A stretch of DNA of 63,053 bases, counting the filler, from Octopus bimaculoides (Eukaryota): NCBI RefSeq assembly GCF_001194135.2. It is 5 parts of 5 records of this genome, joined end to end, with 100 filler letters (N's around TTAATTAATTAA, not from the genome) between each part and the next. Parts side by side here need not be neighbours in the genome. Positions count along the whole stretch, not along the records: positions 24,779 to 44,728 come from NC_068996.1; 4 more parts are not named here. One strand, written 5' to 3'. Shown in pieces: positions 27,811 to 41,418 of this stretch. Position 1 is the first letter of the stretch. The number at the start of each line of letters is the position of its first letter. The notes beneath the pieces are model-generated. The model was not told where the DNA came from. It saw nothing but the letters and a program-made list of their open reading frames with translations, and did not search any database. The translations under genes and the position numbers were made by a program.

Positions 27811-28577
27811 NNNNNNNNNNNNNNNNNNNNNNNNNNNNNNNNNNNNNNNNNNNNNNNNNNNNNNNNNNNNNNNNNNNNNNNNNNNNNNNNNNNNNNNNNN
27901 NNNNNNNNNNNNNNNNNNNNNNNNNNNNNNNNNNNNNNNNNNNNNNNNNNNNNNNNNNNNNNNNNNNNNNNNNNNNNNNNNNNNNNNNNNNNNNNNNNNN
28001 NNNNNNNNNNNNNNNNNNNNNNNNNNNNNNNNNNNNNNNNNNNNNNNNNNNNNNNNNNNNNNNNNNNNNNNNNNNNNNNNNNNNNNNNNNNNNNNNNNNN
28101 NNNNNNNNNNNNNNNNNNNNNNNNNNNNNNNNNNNNNNNNNNNNNNNNNNNNNNNNNNNNNNNNNNNNNNNNNNNNNNNNNNNNNNNNNNNNNNNNNNNN
28201 NNNNNNNNNNNNNNNNNNNNNNNNNNNNNNNNNNNNNNNNNNNNNNNNNNNNNNNNNNNNNNNNNNNNNNNNNNNNNNNNNNNNNNNNNNNNNNNNNNNN
28301 NNNNNNNNNNNNNNNNNNNNNNNNNNNNNNNNNNNNNNNNNNNNNNNNNNNNNNNNNNNNNNNNNNNNNNNNNNNNNNNNNNNNNNNNNNNNNNNNNNNN
28401 NNNNNNNNNNNNNNNNNNNNNNNNNNNNNNNNNNNNNNNNNNNNNNNNNNNNNNNNNNNNNNNNNNNNNNNNNNNNNNNNNNNNNNNNNNNNNNNNNNNN
28501 NNNNNNNNNNNNNNNNNNNNNNNNNNNNNNNNNNNNNNNNNNNNNNNNNNNNNNNNNNNNNNNNNNNNNNNNNNNNA

Positions 28578-28668
28578 GAAGGCACTATTTGAAACCTTTG
28601 GTGATTTGTTACAGCCTGCCTTCAAGTAAAAAACAACCAGGAATTAAGAACTATCCGAGAGTCTTTCA

Positions 28669-28738
<70 letters not shown>

Positions 28739-28740
28739 CG
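28578..28740 (+). mobile_element. LINE 3' UTR fragment ending in (AAT)n
   Basis: Short unique segment followed by a long AAT tail inside the LINE nest. Confidence 0.4.
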
Positions 28741-28856
<116 letters not shown>

Positions 28857-29340
28857 GACGTCTCACATTATACAATATCGTGAGGTCGTTGATTGTAGAT
28901 ATTGTGTTTACCAGGGTTTTGTACTGTTTGTCAAGTGACAGCAAGGACCTCAGACAAACAGTACTTTAAACAATATGCATGCAGTCCCAAGAAATGCCGA
29001 CTTTTATAATACATCTAGATTGTAGGGTATTTCTAAAATTTTCAGATGCTTTTTTTCAGATTTTTGGTTATCATAAATTTTTCTTTTCTTTTTATAGATT
29101 TTGCTGTGGTTTACAGTTTTCGTAATTGTGCTGTTTGCATATATTGACAGGTGTTTATCTCATGAATTTTTGTCGTGCATTTAATTGTGTTGTTGCAATA
29201 AAAGGTATGTTTACATATTCAAGTAGTCAAGGAGTAAAGAAAGATAAAATTTTCACAGAAAATTTTAGATATTAAAGTTTTTGCATTTTCTAAAGATGAT
29301 CGATTGTATGTCCGAAGAGACAAAACTGTAGTGTTCTTGC
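28857..29340 (-). mobile_element. Eroded RLE-LINE 3' end
   Basis: Minus strand resembles the KNLxK...QKSAFLGTAxILxK C-terminus and abuts (ATT)n. Confidence 0.5.
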
Positions 29341-29344
29341 AATA

Positions 29345-29401
<57 letters not shown>

Positions 29402-29414
29402 CATTATTATTATT

Positions 29415-29519
<105 letters not shown>

Positions 29520-29520
29520 G

Positions 29521-29715
29521 CCTTTGGACAGCTTCTAATGCTGAAGATGCACTACCAGTGAACTAAAATAACACCTCTTATATTTCGAGCACCTTCCGGA
29601 GTATTCGAGCGGTTCCAAGCAGTGCTGTTTTCTGCAAGTGCTCCACCCTTATTGCAGCCCCTCTTTGTTTCATGTACTTCTCGAGATTTTTGCTCACTGT
29701 TCCCAGGGTTCCGAT
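29521..29715 (-). mobile_element. 5'-truncated RLE-LINE 3' end
   Basis: Encodes GTLGTVSKNLEKYMKQRGAAIRVEHLQKTALLGTARILRKVLEI*; (ATT)n on both sides; same subfamily as 31691-31860. Confidence 0.85.
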
Positions 29716-29716
29716 G

Positions 29717-29797
<81 letters not shown>

Positions 29798-29799
29798 TC

Positions 29800-30190
29800 T
29801 CTTTATCACAGTTTTTGTTGGAGCTCCTGGTGTCTTGCATGCGTAATGGGCTTGCTACCTGCAACCTACAGTACCATGCTATTCGTTCTTTTCAGCTATC
29901 TAATACTTCCCTAATTATTCTGACAGTGTCAAGGAGGTAAACTTTTGTAACAGTTCTGCAGGGCACTGCATTCCAATTTCCTTTATATTACCCTTGATGC
30001 CTTCTGATACTATTCCCAAGGACCCAGCAATAATTGGAACTATCTTCACCTTCTTCATTTTCCATAGTCGGGCTATTTCGCGCTTATAATTATTATTCGA
30101 CATTTTATAGTTTCAGATAAATTTCTACTTGCATCACCTGGTACATCTCGATGAAGTACAAACTCTTCCCGGTATTGCATTGCACCAGTT
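29800..30190 (-). mobile_element. RLE-LINE 3' end, another subfamily
   Basis: YKREIARLWKMKKVKIVPIIAGSLGIVSEGIKGNIKEIGMQCPAELLQK. Confidence 0.8.
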
Positions 30191-31575
30191 TCTTTTGTTA
30201 TGGTGTTTGGCTCGAGTCTTTTGTTGTATCAGTGTTTGTGTTGTGTGTGTAATGCGAGTTATGTTCTTCTGTTGGGTATCCGACCTGTAGAGTACACGTT
30301 GTGGTCGTTGTTTATTTTATTTCATATTTACTGTATAGAGTGTATCTTGTGTTTGTGGATTGTTTTGTTTCGTTGTATTATTGAATTGATAGTGTCTTGC
30401 GTAGAATGTGGGCTGTTCCTAGCAAGGCTATTTTTTGGATAATATGTTGTGTTGAGAGTCCAGGTAGAGCTTCTACGTTTTCGTTTCTACGTTTTTTTTT
30501 GTTTTTTTTTTACTAGTATTGCTTAACCTTTATGCTTCCACGTCTTGAATGCTTCAGTTTGACAATTTCTCCACTTTGGTGAGAAGCAACTGCAATGTCT
30601 ATCTGTAAGCTGGTGTTTTTTTTTGTTTTTTTTTCCTATCCCTGATTCTTGAATCTGAGCTATTAGCTTTGATGTCTTTGTCAGTTTGAACAGGAATCTC
30701 CCAGATGATTGTGGCTTGGTCGTTGTCATGTACCTTGTTTGGCACTTGTTTATACCATTTATTGTCAGTTTTAATGTTGTACTGTTGGCATGTTGCCCTG
30801 CGGATGTAACTACTTTTTCAGTCATATCTGTATATATATTCAGATTTGGCTAAGACAACCAGAGACGAAGTGGTCAATTGTCTTATTGTAGTGGTTGCAC
30901 ATTCTATATTTGGTGTTAGGGCCTGTTTTCATTATTTAGTTTTTATAGTTGTTTGTGTTCAGGCATTTGTCTTGTACAGCGAGAATCGGTCCTTCCGTTT
31001 CAGCTTTTAGACCACAGCTTTTAAGCCATAGTTGACTTTTACTTAGGCTCACTTCTTCTCTGTCAAGCCTTGCATGGTATTGGCCAGAGAGTTATTTTTT
31101 TTCTCTCCATTTCTTCTTCAGTAGATTTTGTAGTTATGTTTTCATGCTGTCTTTGTTTCTTTCTCCATTTCTGTCGTGTTGTCATCTAAGATCAGTATTT
31201 CGGTGTAATTTGTTTCTGTTTTGTATTTTGTCGCCTCCTTGTTTATAGAGGAAAGTGTTTTCTTTTTTCATGTTGCTTTATTACATGTAGAAGTCGTCCA
31301 CTTTTGTTTCGAAGTATTTTCCTAGTCCATCTGTTTTTATTTTATGGTAGTTCTCAATCAAGCCCTGACCTCCTGAGCAGGATAGTTATATTCTGCCTGT
31401 GTCTGCTTTGTGTTGGTGACTTCGTTATGCTGTTAATAGTTTTTTTTTGCTTTTCTTTTTGTTTTATCTAAGTTTCTCAATTCACTGATCTACGAGTTCA
31501 ACATATCGAGGCTGCCTCGTATAGTTAGCGTGTTTATACTTATTATCTTATTTTTAGCATTGAGTTCGGCGTTTA
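30190..31575 (-). mobile_element. Degenerate R4/Dong-type LINE internal fragments
   Basis: Minus strand ~31300-31570 resembles the post-RT region (NKIISINTL..., HQHKADTGRI*L...GGQGLI). Confidence 0.6.
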
Positions 31576-31579
31576 ATTT

Positions 31580-31639
<60 letters not shown>

Positions 31640-31690
31640 TTCATCATCATCATCGATATTATTATTATTGTTGTTGTTGTTGTTGTTGTT

Positions 31691-33760
31691 GCCTTTGCAC
31701 AGCTTCTAACGCTGGAAGTGTACTACAGTGTCAGCTGTCCACTGCCAGTGAACTAAGGTAACACCTCTTATTTTTCGAGCACCTTCCGGAGTATTCTAGT
31801 GGTTCCAAGAAGTGCTGTTTTCTGCAAGTGCTCCACCCGTATTGCAGCCCCTATTTGCTCCATGTATTTCCTTTACTATTTCTGAACTGATACCCTGCTT
31901 TGTCTTCTTTAATACTAAACTGAGAGGGATCAAATATAAGACAAATATTAAGGGGGATAACGATTCTCCCTAGAAAATAAAATTCTTCTTTTGATATTAA
32001 TTTTCCTAACAGTGTGTCACCTGAGTAGAGATTTACTTTCCATTTTTTCATGCTGAAGCTAATTAATTCTCTTATGTTGTCTGCTATATTGAATATACTC
32101 AAACATTCACTTATCCATGAGTGTGAGATCATGTCATAGGCTTTCCTATAATCTATCCATGCCAATGTTAGATTTTTCTTTCTAGCTTTTACTTCATTTA
32201 GTACTGTTTTGTCTATATATAATAGATCATGCGTTCCGCTAGCCTTCTTCCTGCAACCTTTTTGTTCTTCTGTCAGTAAATCCTGGTTGCAAAGATACTC
32301 GTAAATGTTTTCTGAAAGTATTCCTGTTAACAGCTTTCACACAAATGGTATGCATGTGATTGATCTATAGCTGCTAGCTGTGTTATCTTTGCTCTTATCT
32401 TTGATAATGATTATTGTCCCCCCTCTAGTTACCCAGTCTGGTATTATTCCTCCATTAAGGCAATCCTGAAGTTGTTCCCTCAGCTTCCTATGTAAACTAC
32501 TAAATTTCTTTAGCCAGTAACTTTGAACTAAATCTGGTCCTCGCCCCTTCTAATTCGGCATTTTCCCTAACACTTTACTCATTAATGCACTAGTTAGTCT
32601 AAGATCTGGCTGCTTCTCACTCATTACTTCTCTCACTTTTTTTAACCATACTGCATCTCCATTATGATTGACTGGTTTATCCCAAATATTACTCCAGAAC
32701 TTTCTAGCTTCCTCCACATTAGGTTTCTCATCTTCAGTACTTCGTTCTCCACTATTTATTAGGTTGTCTCAGATAATCTATTCAGTTGATACTGATCTAT
32801 TTTTGCCTGCTACTGCTATGATACGCTGTTTCAACTCTTCTATTACTATCCCAAATCCTTTCTGTTTGACTAAGTATCTTTTCTCGAGGGTACATTTGCA
32901 TCTTGTGTTTCGTAACTTGTTCAGTTTCTAGGTTTCTAAAGTCTTCACTTTATTTTGTAGTCTCTTATTCCACATTTGCTTTTTTTAAATCTTTTCCTGC
33001 GAAATATCTAATCCTCTAGTGACTGCTGCCGCTCCTACATAGATCGATTAAGTTAGTGTCTCCTATATTTTTAGTATCTATCCTACTGATAACAGAATCT
33101 ACTTTCCTAGTAATTTCTAGCAGTTCCTTTCTGTTGGTGCCTTTTAATACTGGCAGTCTTTTTCTTACTTCTTTACTCATTACTTCCTGCAACTCATCTA
33201 CAATCTTCTGATCTTCTTCATTTAAATCACTTAAGTCGTTGGTGCCAGTTGTCCCTTCCTTATTAGTACTGCTATTATAATAATAATAATTATTATTTTC
33301 CTTTAGGTTCTTCTTTGGTTTGAGATGTATCTCTTATGTTGTTGTTTGTCTTTCCTAATGCTTGGTCTTTCTTTTGCAGTTCTTTTTTAATCTCTTCTAC
33401 TTCCAATTCTGTCATTCACTCCCTTCTCCTAATAGCATTAGCTTGATCTACTAATCTCAATTCAGTCACCTTAAACATACCCTTCTCATCCCAAAGTGTT
33501 AACACCTGTTTTTTATAGACCCTTCTTTTAGATTCACTTTCCAGGTAGCACTGCATCTGGTCCACTTCCTCTTGGTTCACTTCCTCCTGGTCCACTTCCT
33601 CCTGGTCCACTTCTGTCGGTCCACTTCCGTCGGTCCACTTCCGTCGGTCCACTTCCTTCTCCTTACTCTATTATCTGCTGATGTTGTATTAGAATAACAA
33701 CTGTTGTCACTGCATCTTTACTGAACTACTAGCAAGCAAGAGGTCTTCTTTTAAAGGTCC
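31691..33760 (-). mobile_element. Internally deleted R4/Dong-type LINE
   Basis: N-terminal region, then RT (MAWIDYRKAYDMISHSWISECL) joined directly to the RLE C-terminus near 31865. Confidence 0.85.
33555..33660 (-). repeat. 14-15 bp tandem repeat encoding EEVDQ in the LINE N-terminus
   Basis: About 7 units of ggtccacttcc-based sequence; ORF 33416-33652. Confidence 0.85.
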
Positions 33761-33769
33761 AGCTTTATT

Positions 33770-34375
33770 TTCACTGTTACAACCAGAGTTCCTTCGGAAA
33801 CTCCTGTCTCTCATAAACTGAGATAAAGTAATGTTCATCACCAACGTCATCACTACTATTATTTTTCGAAATCTGAAGTTTCGACATCTGAAAGCAACTT
33901 TCTATTGCATCATTTGTAGCACCTTTGCGCTGGTGGGATGGTGTGTGCTGCTTTTTTTTTGTTTTAGGTGGGGGAGAATAGTATATTATATCAGTGTTTT
34001 GCAATGGGGTTTGGTTTGAGTCTTCTGTTGTATTAGTTTTTGTATTGAATGTTGTTTGTGTAGTGCAAGTTGTGTTCTTCTGTCGGGTATCGGCCTTCTG
34101 TGGCACATGCTGTGGGTTTTATTCATTTTGTTGGGTATTTACGGGATGAGTTTATTCCCGTATGTTTTTGGTGGAGTGTTGCATAGTAGTGTGTGCAAAT
34201 AAAAATGTGTGCGTAAATCATAAATCAACTATTTCATAGTATTTATGGTTCACCGTTCTTTTTCTTTTCATTGGTTTTGTTATGGGCCCGTCTTTACAGC
34301 GTTTACTTTTTTTTATCTGAACACCGCCCATGGGCATGTGTTGATGTTTCTTTTGTAGTTATAATTATTATTGAT
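33770..34375 (-). mobile_element. 5' region of an RLE LINE (degenerate)
   Basis: Low-complexity T/Q/N-rich N-terminal coding remnant resembling 37200-37420. Confidence 0.45.
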
Positions 34376-34470
34376 GTATCAGCGAGAGACCGAGAAGAAA
34401 TAGCAATGTACATATATATGGAGGTCTTGTATAAATATGGATGTACATGCAATTAAAGTTTTTAATTTGT

Positions 34471-34526
<56 letters not shown>

Positions 34527-34730
34527 TTAAGGTGGCTAGCTGGCCAAATCGTTAGCACGCCGAGCGAAATGCTTAGCGGTATTTCGTCTGTCACTATGTT
34601 CAAATTCCGCCGACTTTGCCTTTCATCCTTTCAGGGTCGATAAATTTAATACCCGAGAAACACTGGGGTTGATGTAATCGACTCATCCCTACTCCAAAAT
34701 GGTTGCTTTTGTGGCAGAGTTGTAAACCAT
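34527..34730 (+). mobile_element. tRNA-derived SINE family B
   Basis: ggtggctagctggccaaatcgttagc...gttcaaattccgcc; homologous to the reverse complement of 59578-59765. Confidence 0.8.
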
Positions 34731-34777
34731 CATTATTATTATTGTTGTTGTTGTTATTATTATTATTATTATTATTT

Positions 34778-35128
34778 TATGTTTGACTTTTGCTTTGCAT
34801 TTGTACAAGTTGGATCCAAGTCTCACCCAGAGACCTCAAGAGACAACAAGTTAGAAGTTCATGTAGGTGTTATGCCTAGGGTACCATAGATATGAATTTG
34901 TACAGTGTTGTTCTAGTGAATGTTTAAGAAACCATAAGAAAATTATGTGTTTGTTTTAAAATTTGAGATCACATAGACAGTATTTTACGTAGGATATGGG
35001 CAGTTCCCATGAGCACTATCTTTTGAACTTCAGCCATTTTGGGGTTTCCTGGTATCTGAGCTAGGTAGTAATCAGCCCGTTTCGCTGTCATTCCCAGGGC
35101 ACCTATGACAATAGATACTGTTTTCGTC

Positions 35129-35130
<2 letters not shown>
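34778..35130 (-). mobile_element. 5'-truncated RLE-LINE 3' end
   Basis: KTKTVSIVIGALGMTAKRADYYLAQIPGNPKMAEVQKIVLMGTAHILRKILSM*; (ATT)n on both sides. Confidence 0.85.
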
Positions 35131-35181
<51 letters not shown>

Positions 35182-35329
35182 ATTATTATTATTATTATTA
35201 TTATTATTGTTATTATTATTATTATTATTAAATCTAACATACCTTATTACGGCAGATGTAATTACTGAACCAGCTGTTCAAATCCCGAGAACTAAAGTAG
35301 TACTTTATTTTCAGATCTCGAGAACTTTG

Positions 35330-37420
35330 CGGAAATTCCTTGCATTGTCAAGCCATGCTGTTTCTCTGGATATTCTCTACCTTCATTTTTATTCCTAACA
35401 TTTCCAACCAATCTTTAATTTTTTTTCTTACTCCTTCTACCTAAGGCACCCGCATTTATTGGAACGCTATACACCGTTTTCATTGACCACAGCTTCTTTT
35501 ATTTTTCTCCTCACAGTTTCATATCGCTGTCAGTTTTTCTCCTTTTTCAATGATTCTGCTGTCACTAGTGCACGTGATAACTATCATCAGGCATGACTTT
35601 CCTTCCTTGTCTACCAGCACAATATCCAGTTTCTGCTTGATCATGAAGTTCCAAAGGATTTCAACCTTGTCATTTTCTACCGCATGATTCGCCCCATGTT
35701 CATACCATTTTCTTGTTCTTTCCAGTCTAAACTTGTTACATATTTCCATTGGACCATTCTGGCGACATTATCATGCCTTCTCTTCTATTCCTTCAGGGTC
35801 AGTTTGAAGCATTCACTTAAACTATGCCTGTCTCTCCAGTTTCACCGCACATTCTGCAGTTGTCTGATTCTATTGATTGATCGATTTTGTGCATGATGTA
35901 ATCAGTTGTTAATGCTCGCTTTTGTACTGCACATATCAATATCTCTATTTCAGGTCTCGGATCGCTTTTTTGTAATTACAATTATCTTTTATTTGAGTAT
36001 GTGTCCTCTCATATCTCTCAAGATCTGATCACGCATCTTCTTATCTTTCCAGTTGTTTTTCCTATTCGCCTCTGTCTCTTTTGTAATTCATCCTGTCCTG
36101 GCTGTTTTTTTTCTTTTGTGTGTAATAGCCCTGCCTCCCTTACTTGTACGACTAATGATTCTTTTGCATTTTTTATATACCAAACAATATTGTTTTCCTC
36201 TGTCTGAATACAATCCTTAGAAAATACAATCCTTACACAAAATACAATCCTTACAACATATCAATCCTCGCCTTCCTTTCTTTTTCATTAAGTGTAGCCT
36301 GTCAGCATCACTTTTCAGAAGGAATACACAGTGTATTGTTTCCTTGATTTCTGATCCAAGGATTGTAGTTCCTCTCTCCGCCATATTATCGCTTTTGCTC
36401 TATACCTCAAGAGAGCACAGAGCTTATTCAATTTAATTTTCAGAATTAATTTCAACCTTCTGTAATGCTCCTGAGAGAATATCTTCTACATTTGGCTTTC
36501 CACTAATTCGCCTGCTTCCAATATAGTCAGACAACTTGTATCCTTTCTTGTCTATTCTCTTCGTTACTTCTCCCAGAGGCAACTTCACACCATTCATTTT
36601 TTGAACTTTCCTCGTTTGAGAATCACCACTTCACCATTTTTCACTTCAATCTAATGTCCGTGCTAAAGCAATGTACTGTTTGAATCAGTGAATTCAATTG
36701 GTTTGCATCTTTCCCATAGAGTTTCAGATCATCCATGAAAAGGAGGTGATTGATCTTCACTTTTCTTTCCTTGAACTCATACCCAACTTTCGTGTTTCTC
36801 AATATCAAAATTAGCAGAATCATACACATTATAAAAAGCAACTTTGACAAGCTATATTCTTGAAAGATTTCACGTCTGATATTGACGAAGCCGAAGCTTT
36901 GCCCCCCAGACTTGGGTTCAGTAGTCATACTTCGGTTCAATAGATTCGGTTTATATTTTGGGTCAATATATTCACGATATTGTGTGCAATTCCAAATATT
37001 TTCAAACAATCCAGAATCCACGAATGAGGAAACATATGTACGCTTTCTGGCTCATCCTGTTAACTTTTCCTGCTTACAACGTCAATTTCCATTGATCTCT
37101 TTCTTAAAATCACATATCACTCCAAAATTCGTCTTCCTTGCTCACAAAACTACTCGACGCACAATTTTTACTCCATATGTAATGGACGTGTCAGTTACCA
37201 TCGATATCTCGATGGAGCAGCTGTAATGGTCTCCGGCCAGCTCTTCGTTATGAGCAATGTTATTTTCTTCTGCATTGTTGTCGTATTCGGATACATTTCA
37301 TTGAATTATTTCCCTTCTTTCTTATCACTCTGTCCTGGTCACTTCTTTGTTGCTATGTTGTTTCAAATATTCCTCGTTGTTGCCATTCTCGGTACATCCT
37401 TTTCTTCGTCCTCTTAACGG
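35330..37420 (-). mobile_element. Deleted and degenerate R4/Dong-type LINE (N-terminus, RT, zinc knuckle, RLE)
   Basis: VNIRREIFQEYSLSKLLF, INHLLFMDDLKLYG, VENDKVEILWNF...KLDIVLVDK. Confidence 0.85.
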
Positions 37421-38792
37421 CACTCCAAATTCAGATATGGGTTGGCTCCTGTAGTAGGATTATGTAGTAGAAATAACCGATAATAGGAAAATACCTGATA
37501 GCCTCACAAACCTAACCAGGCAGTTCCAAGTACCTGAATGGTACCTAATGAGCATTACGAATGCGTCAATGCGGACTTAGAGAAATTGCATCGAATCTTC
37601 CAAGTTGTAAGCCTGCAGAGTATTTCTAAGCTCAGCAGATTCAGTTAGTGCTGTATGTCCACAATTTCTGTGCTGTCGATCAAGATACACTGCAGAGACG
37701 GAGATCCAGCCACTGAAAGTTAAACTTATCGTTTCTGGCTCGGAAAGACAGCTGACATCGGAGTAGTAAACTAATTTAGTAGTAGCTGAAAGAGACGATC
37801 ATCAACAAGTGGGGTTGGAGATGTTAGAGTAAAATTGAGATTTTATTGAAAAGAAACAGCGATAAAAACCAGATGATGACAACAGGAACTAGTCAATAGA
37901 ATAGAAAAGTTAATTAGAAATGCATCGTAACCGACTTGCCGCTGGCGAAAATGGTCCACATCCTTTTCTTTGACGCGAAGCACGAAAGCTATGCTAACAT
38001 AGTTAAGGTTAAAATCTAAGAGACAGTTGTGAACGAAAGTTATTCTCTTGTTCCATGTAGAGGAGATAAACGTAGTAACAAAGATGCAATTAAGTCATTG
38101 ACGGATCACAAATAGTGAGTTGATTCCAGGTAGATGTGCTCAGTTTTTCTGCAATATTTTCTGGTGTTTATTTGGGGTAGGAGAGGACTGAAGACAATAG
38201 AATTTAGTGTTTATATCGACAGTCTGACACAGCTCACTGAAGAACAGGAAGAACGTTGCGAAGAGCTAAATATGACATCTTCAAGAGGGTTAGCAGTGAG
38301 CCTGGAAATGTCCTCACAAGTTGTATGGATACACACTAGACTTATTTACCCCTTTTCTTTTGGCAGACACTTATCCCAACTGACAGCAGATTGGAAACAT
38401 TCTTAGCTACATCAGCCAGGAAGTGCTGGCACTGTTGATGAAAGGTGAGAACTAATACGGGCATCAAAGGTAGTTTCCTTGACATAACTATAATAAATTC
38501 AGTGTTGAAACTCCTGTGCTATAAATATTTATTGGTCTCTCTATCAATTTTGAGTTTTTGTATGCATCCTCTTTGTATGTACATATGTATTTATTTGGTG
38601 CATATGTATATATGTGTGTACGTGTCTGTGTATGTGTATATATATGTACGTACATTTATGAATGTATACACATATGCGTGTTTCTATACTTGTGAATTTC
38701 GTGCACCTACATATATATATACATACGCGCAAATGCACACACACACAAACACACACGTGTATGTGTGTGTGTGTATGTGCGTGTGTGTGTGT

Positions 38793-38826
<34 letters not shown>

Positions 38827-38850
38827 GTGTATGTGTGTGTGTGTGTGAGT

Positions 38851-38891
<41 letters not shown>

Positions 38892-39813
38892 TGTGTATAT
38901 GTATGTAACTCTCTAAGTGAGAATGTAAATGCACCTACAGTTAGCAATATTTAGAGTGTGAATATTTATTGGAAGCAGGTGCTCAATAAATGTAATTAAT
39001 ATATCACGATTAAACGATGCAGAAATTGATTACAGGTGACTGAATAAATACAAATAAGTGGCTTTACAATCGTAAAGGTAAATACTTGATAATAAATTTA
39101 CAAAATGAGAGGAAATTAATTCGTTTATGTATGCGTCCTATGAATGTGTATGTGTGTATATATGTGTGTGTGTGTGTGAGAGAGAGTGTGTGTACATATG
39201 TATATATATATGTATATGTATATATATAAAGATATATATAATTACATGTATGTGTGCATATTGCATGTATGTGTACAACACACTCACATACACGCACACA
39301 CGCACACACGCACACATTTATATATATATATATGTATGCATGTGTATATGCATGTATATGTACGGATCCATAAACTCACATTCACACACCTATAGGTATA
39401 TGATTATATACTTGTCTGTGTATTTATAAACATATATGTGTATGTATGTATATGTATATAATATATATATATATATATATANNNNNNNNNNNNNNNNNNN
39501 NNNNNNNNNNNNNNNNNNNNNNNNNNNNNNNNNNNNNNNNNNNNNNNNNNNNNNNNNNNNNNNNNNNNNNNNNNNNNNNNNNNNNNNNNNNNNNNNNNNN
39601 NNNNNNNNNNNNNNNNNNNNNNNNNNNNNNNNNNNNNNNNNNNNNNNNNNNNNNNNNNNNNNNNNNNNNNNNNNNNNNNNNNNNNNNNNNNNNNNNNNNN
39701 NNNNNNNNNNNNNNNNNNNNNNNNNNNNNNNNNNNNNNNNNNNNNNNNNNNNNNNNNNNNNNNNNNNNNNNNNNNNNNNNNNNNNNNNNNNNNNNNNNNN
39801 NNNTATATATACG

Positions 39814-39845
<32 letters not shown>

Positions 39846-40399
39846 CTTATATATATTCATATATATATGTATGCATGTATATATATGTATATATATATAC
39901 ACAGACACACTCACACGCACACACGCACACATATATATATATACGTGTGTGTGTGTGTGTGTGTGTGTGTCAGTGTATGTAATCGTCATGTATGTGTATG
40001 TGCATGTATTTCTATGTATATATGCTTCTTCCTTCTTATAATCATTAGAAAATTTCCAAGGAAATAAAAGCTGTTTTCTAACCAAAAAATAAGAACCCCG
40101 TCATTGGAATTTAGATAGCAGATATCGAACTTTAAGAAAGTCTTGCAAATTTTTACTGTTCCACTTACAGATTTTATTTCTAAAGTTTATGTTGTATGAA
40201 CTCTCATTTTGGCCAAAAGAAAAAATAACTTAGCTGTACAATATTGTTTCTTCAACATTTACTAATATTACCAAGTGCACCAATAATTATTTGTTTGAAT
40301 GTAAATTTATAATCAGAGTAGACAAGTTACAGGTTTCGAAGCAAATATTTATAACTACCCTGTCTCTCAGTGATTTTCGAACTAATGTTTATAAATGCA

Positions 40400-40720
40400 G
40401 GCCAAAGGATCTCTATAGCGGTACTTCATTTTGATTTTCTCTCTTAAATATGTACATCAATCCTGTTATGTTTGCACTTGATAGAAGCTTCAATGGAACT
40501 AGTTCTCCAATATTGTATGTGTTGATATCTATCAATGCATTCAAAAACAGCGGTCTTGTATCCCAAGGTAGTCTTTCCTCTGGATGGCACTGTATATTGT
40601 CTAAACAACATGTCTGAATAGAGGTAATATTTTGGTGTCAATATGGTGTCTTTAACTGTTGATGATCAAAGGTTCCACACTTAAACGAGAAGAGGATCAT
40701 CGTGGAATTCAGGGGACAAC
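40400..40720 (-). mobile_element. Possible highly eroded RTE-type LINE 3' fragment
   Basis: Frameshifted KDTILTPKYYLYSDM...PSRGKTTLGYK resembles the RTE C-terminal DxRLPKxxLYxEL...RGRPxLRYKD. Confidence 0.35.
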
Positions 40721-40840
40721 TGTAAACACGAATGTATATATGGGTGTATGCATGTATGTATGCATGTGCGTATGTGTGTATGTATGTATGTATGTATGTA
40801 TGTATCTATCTATCTGTCTATCTATCTATCTATCTATCTG

Positions 40841-40893
<53 letters not shown>

Positions 40894-41124
40894 GCATGCA
40901 TATATATATTAAAGTATGGATGTAAGTATATATGTATATGTTTTTATGTGTGTATGCATGTATATATACATGTATGCATGCATGTATGTATGCATGGATG
41001 TATGGATGTATATGTATGTGTGTATGGATCAAATGATGTACATACATCTGGTGAGAAGCCAGCAAGGTTCGAGAATCGATTAAGACTATTCATCAATTTT
41101 ATCAATTTACTGCGTGTTTCTTAA

Positions 41125-41358
41125 ACTTGTTTCAACCATTTGACGGCAGCCATGCTGGAGTACCGCCTTTAGTCGAACAAATCGACCTCAGATCTTATTC
41201 TTTGTAAGCCTAGTACTTATTCTATCAGTCACTTTTGCCGAACCGCTAGTTTACGTGAACGTAAACACACCAACATTCGGTGTCAAGCAATGGTAGGGGA
41301 ACAAACACAAACACACACACATACACACACACATACATACATGCATGCATGCATACAT

Positions 41359-41418
<60 letters not shown>
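41125..41418 (-). mobile_element. SINE family A, 3' half
   Basis: Reverse complement of 4770-4970. Confidence 0.85.

Noticed and set aside
33555-33660. CRISPR-like array
   Set aside because: It is a head-to-tail minisatellite without spacers, in eukaryotic DNA.
37400-37600. HDV-like or hammerhead ribozyme at the LINE 5' end (CTAATGAGCAT...ATGC)
   Set aside because: No GAAA follows, and no HDV double pseudoknot could be traced by eye.
38367-38444. Plus-strand segment with a strong acceptor and gtgaga donor
   Set aside because: It has stops in all three frames.
40425-40613. 189-nt phase-0 open exon candidate (TCCLDNIQCHPEERLPW...)
   Set aside because: The donor is weak, and adjacent frames resemble a frameshifted RTE LINE C-terminus.
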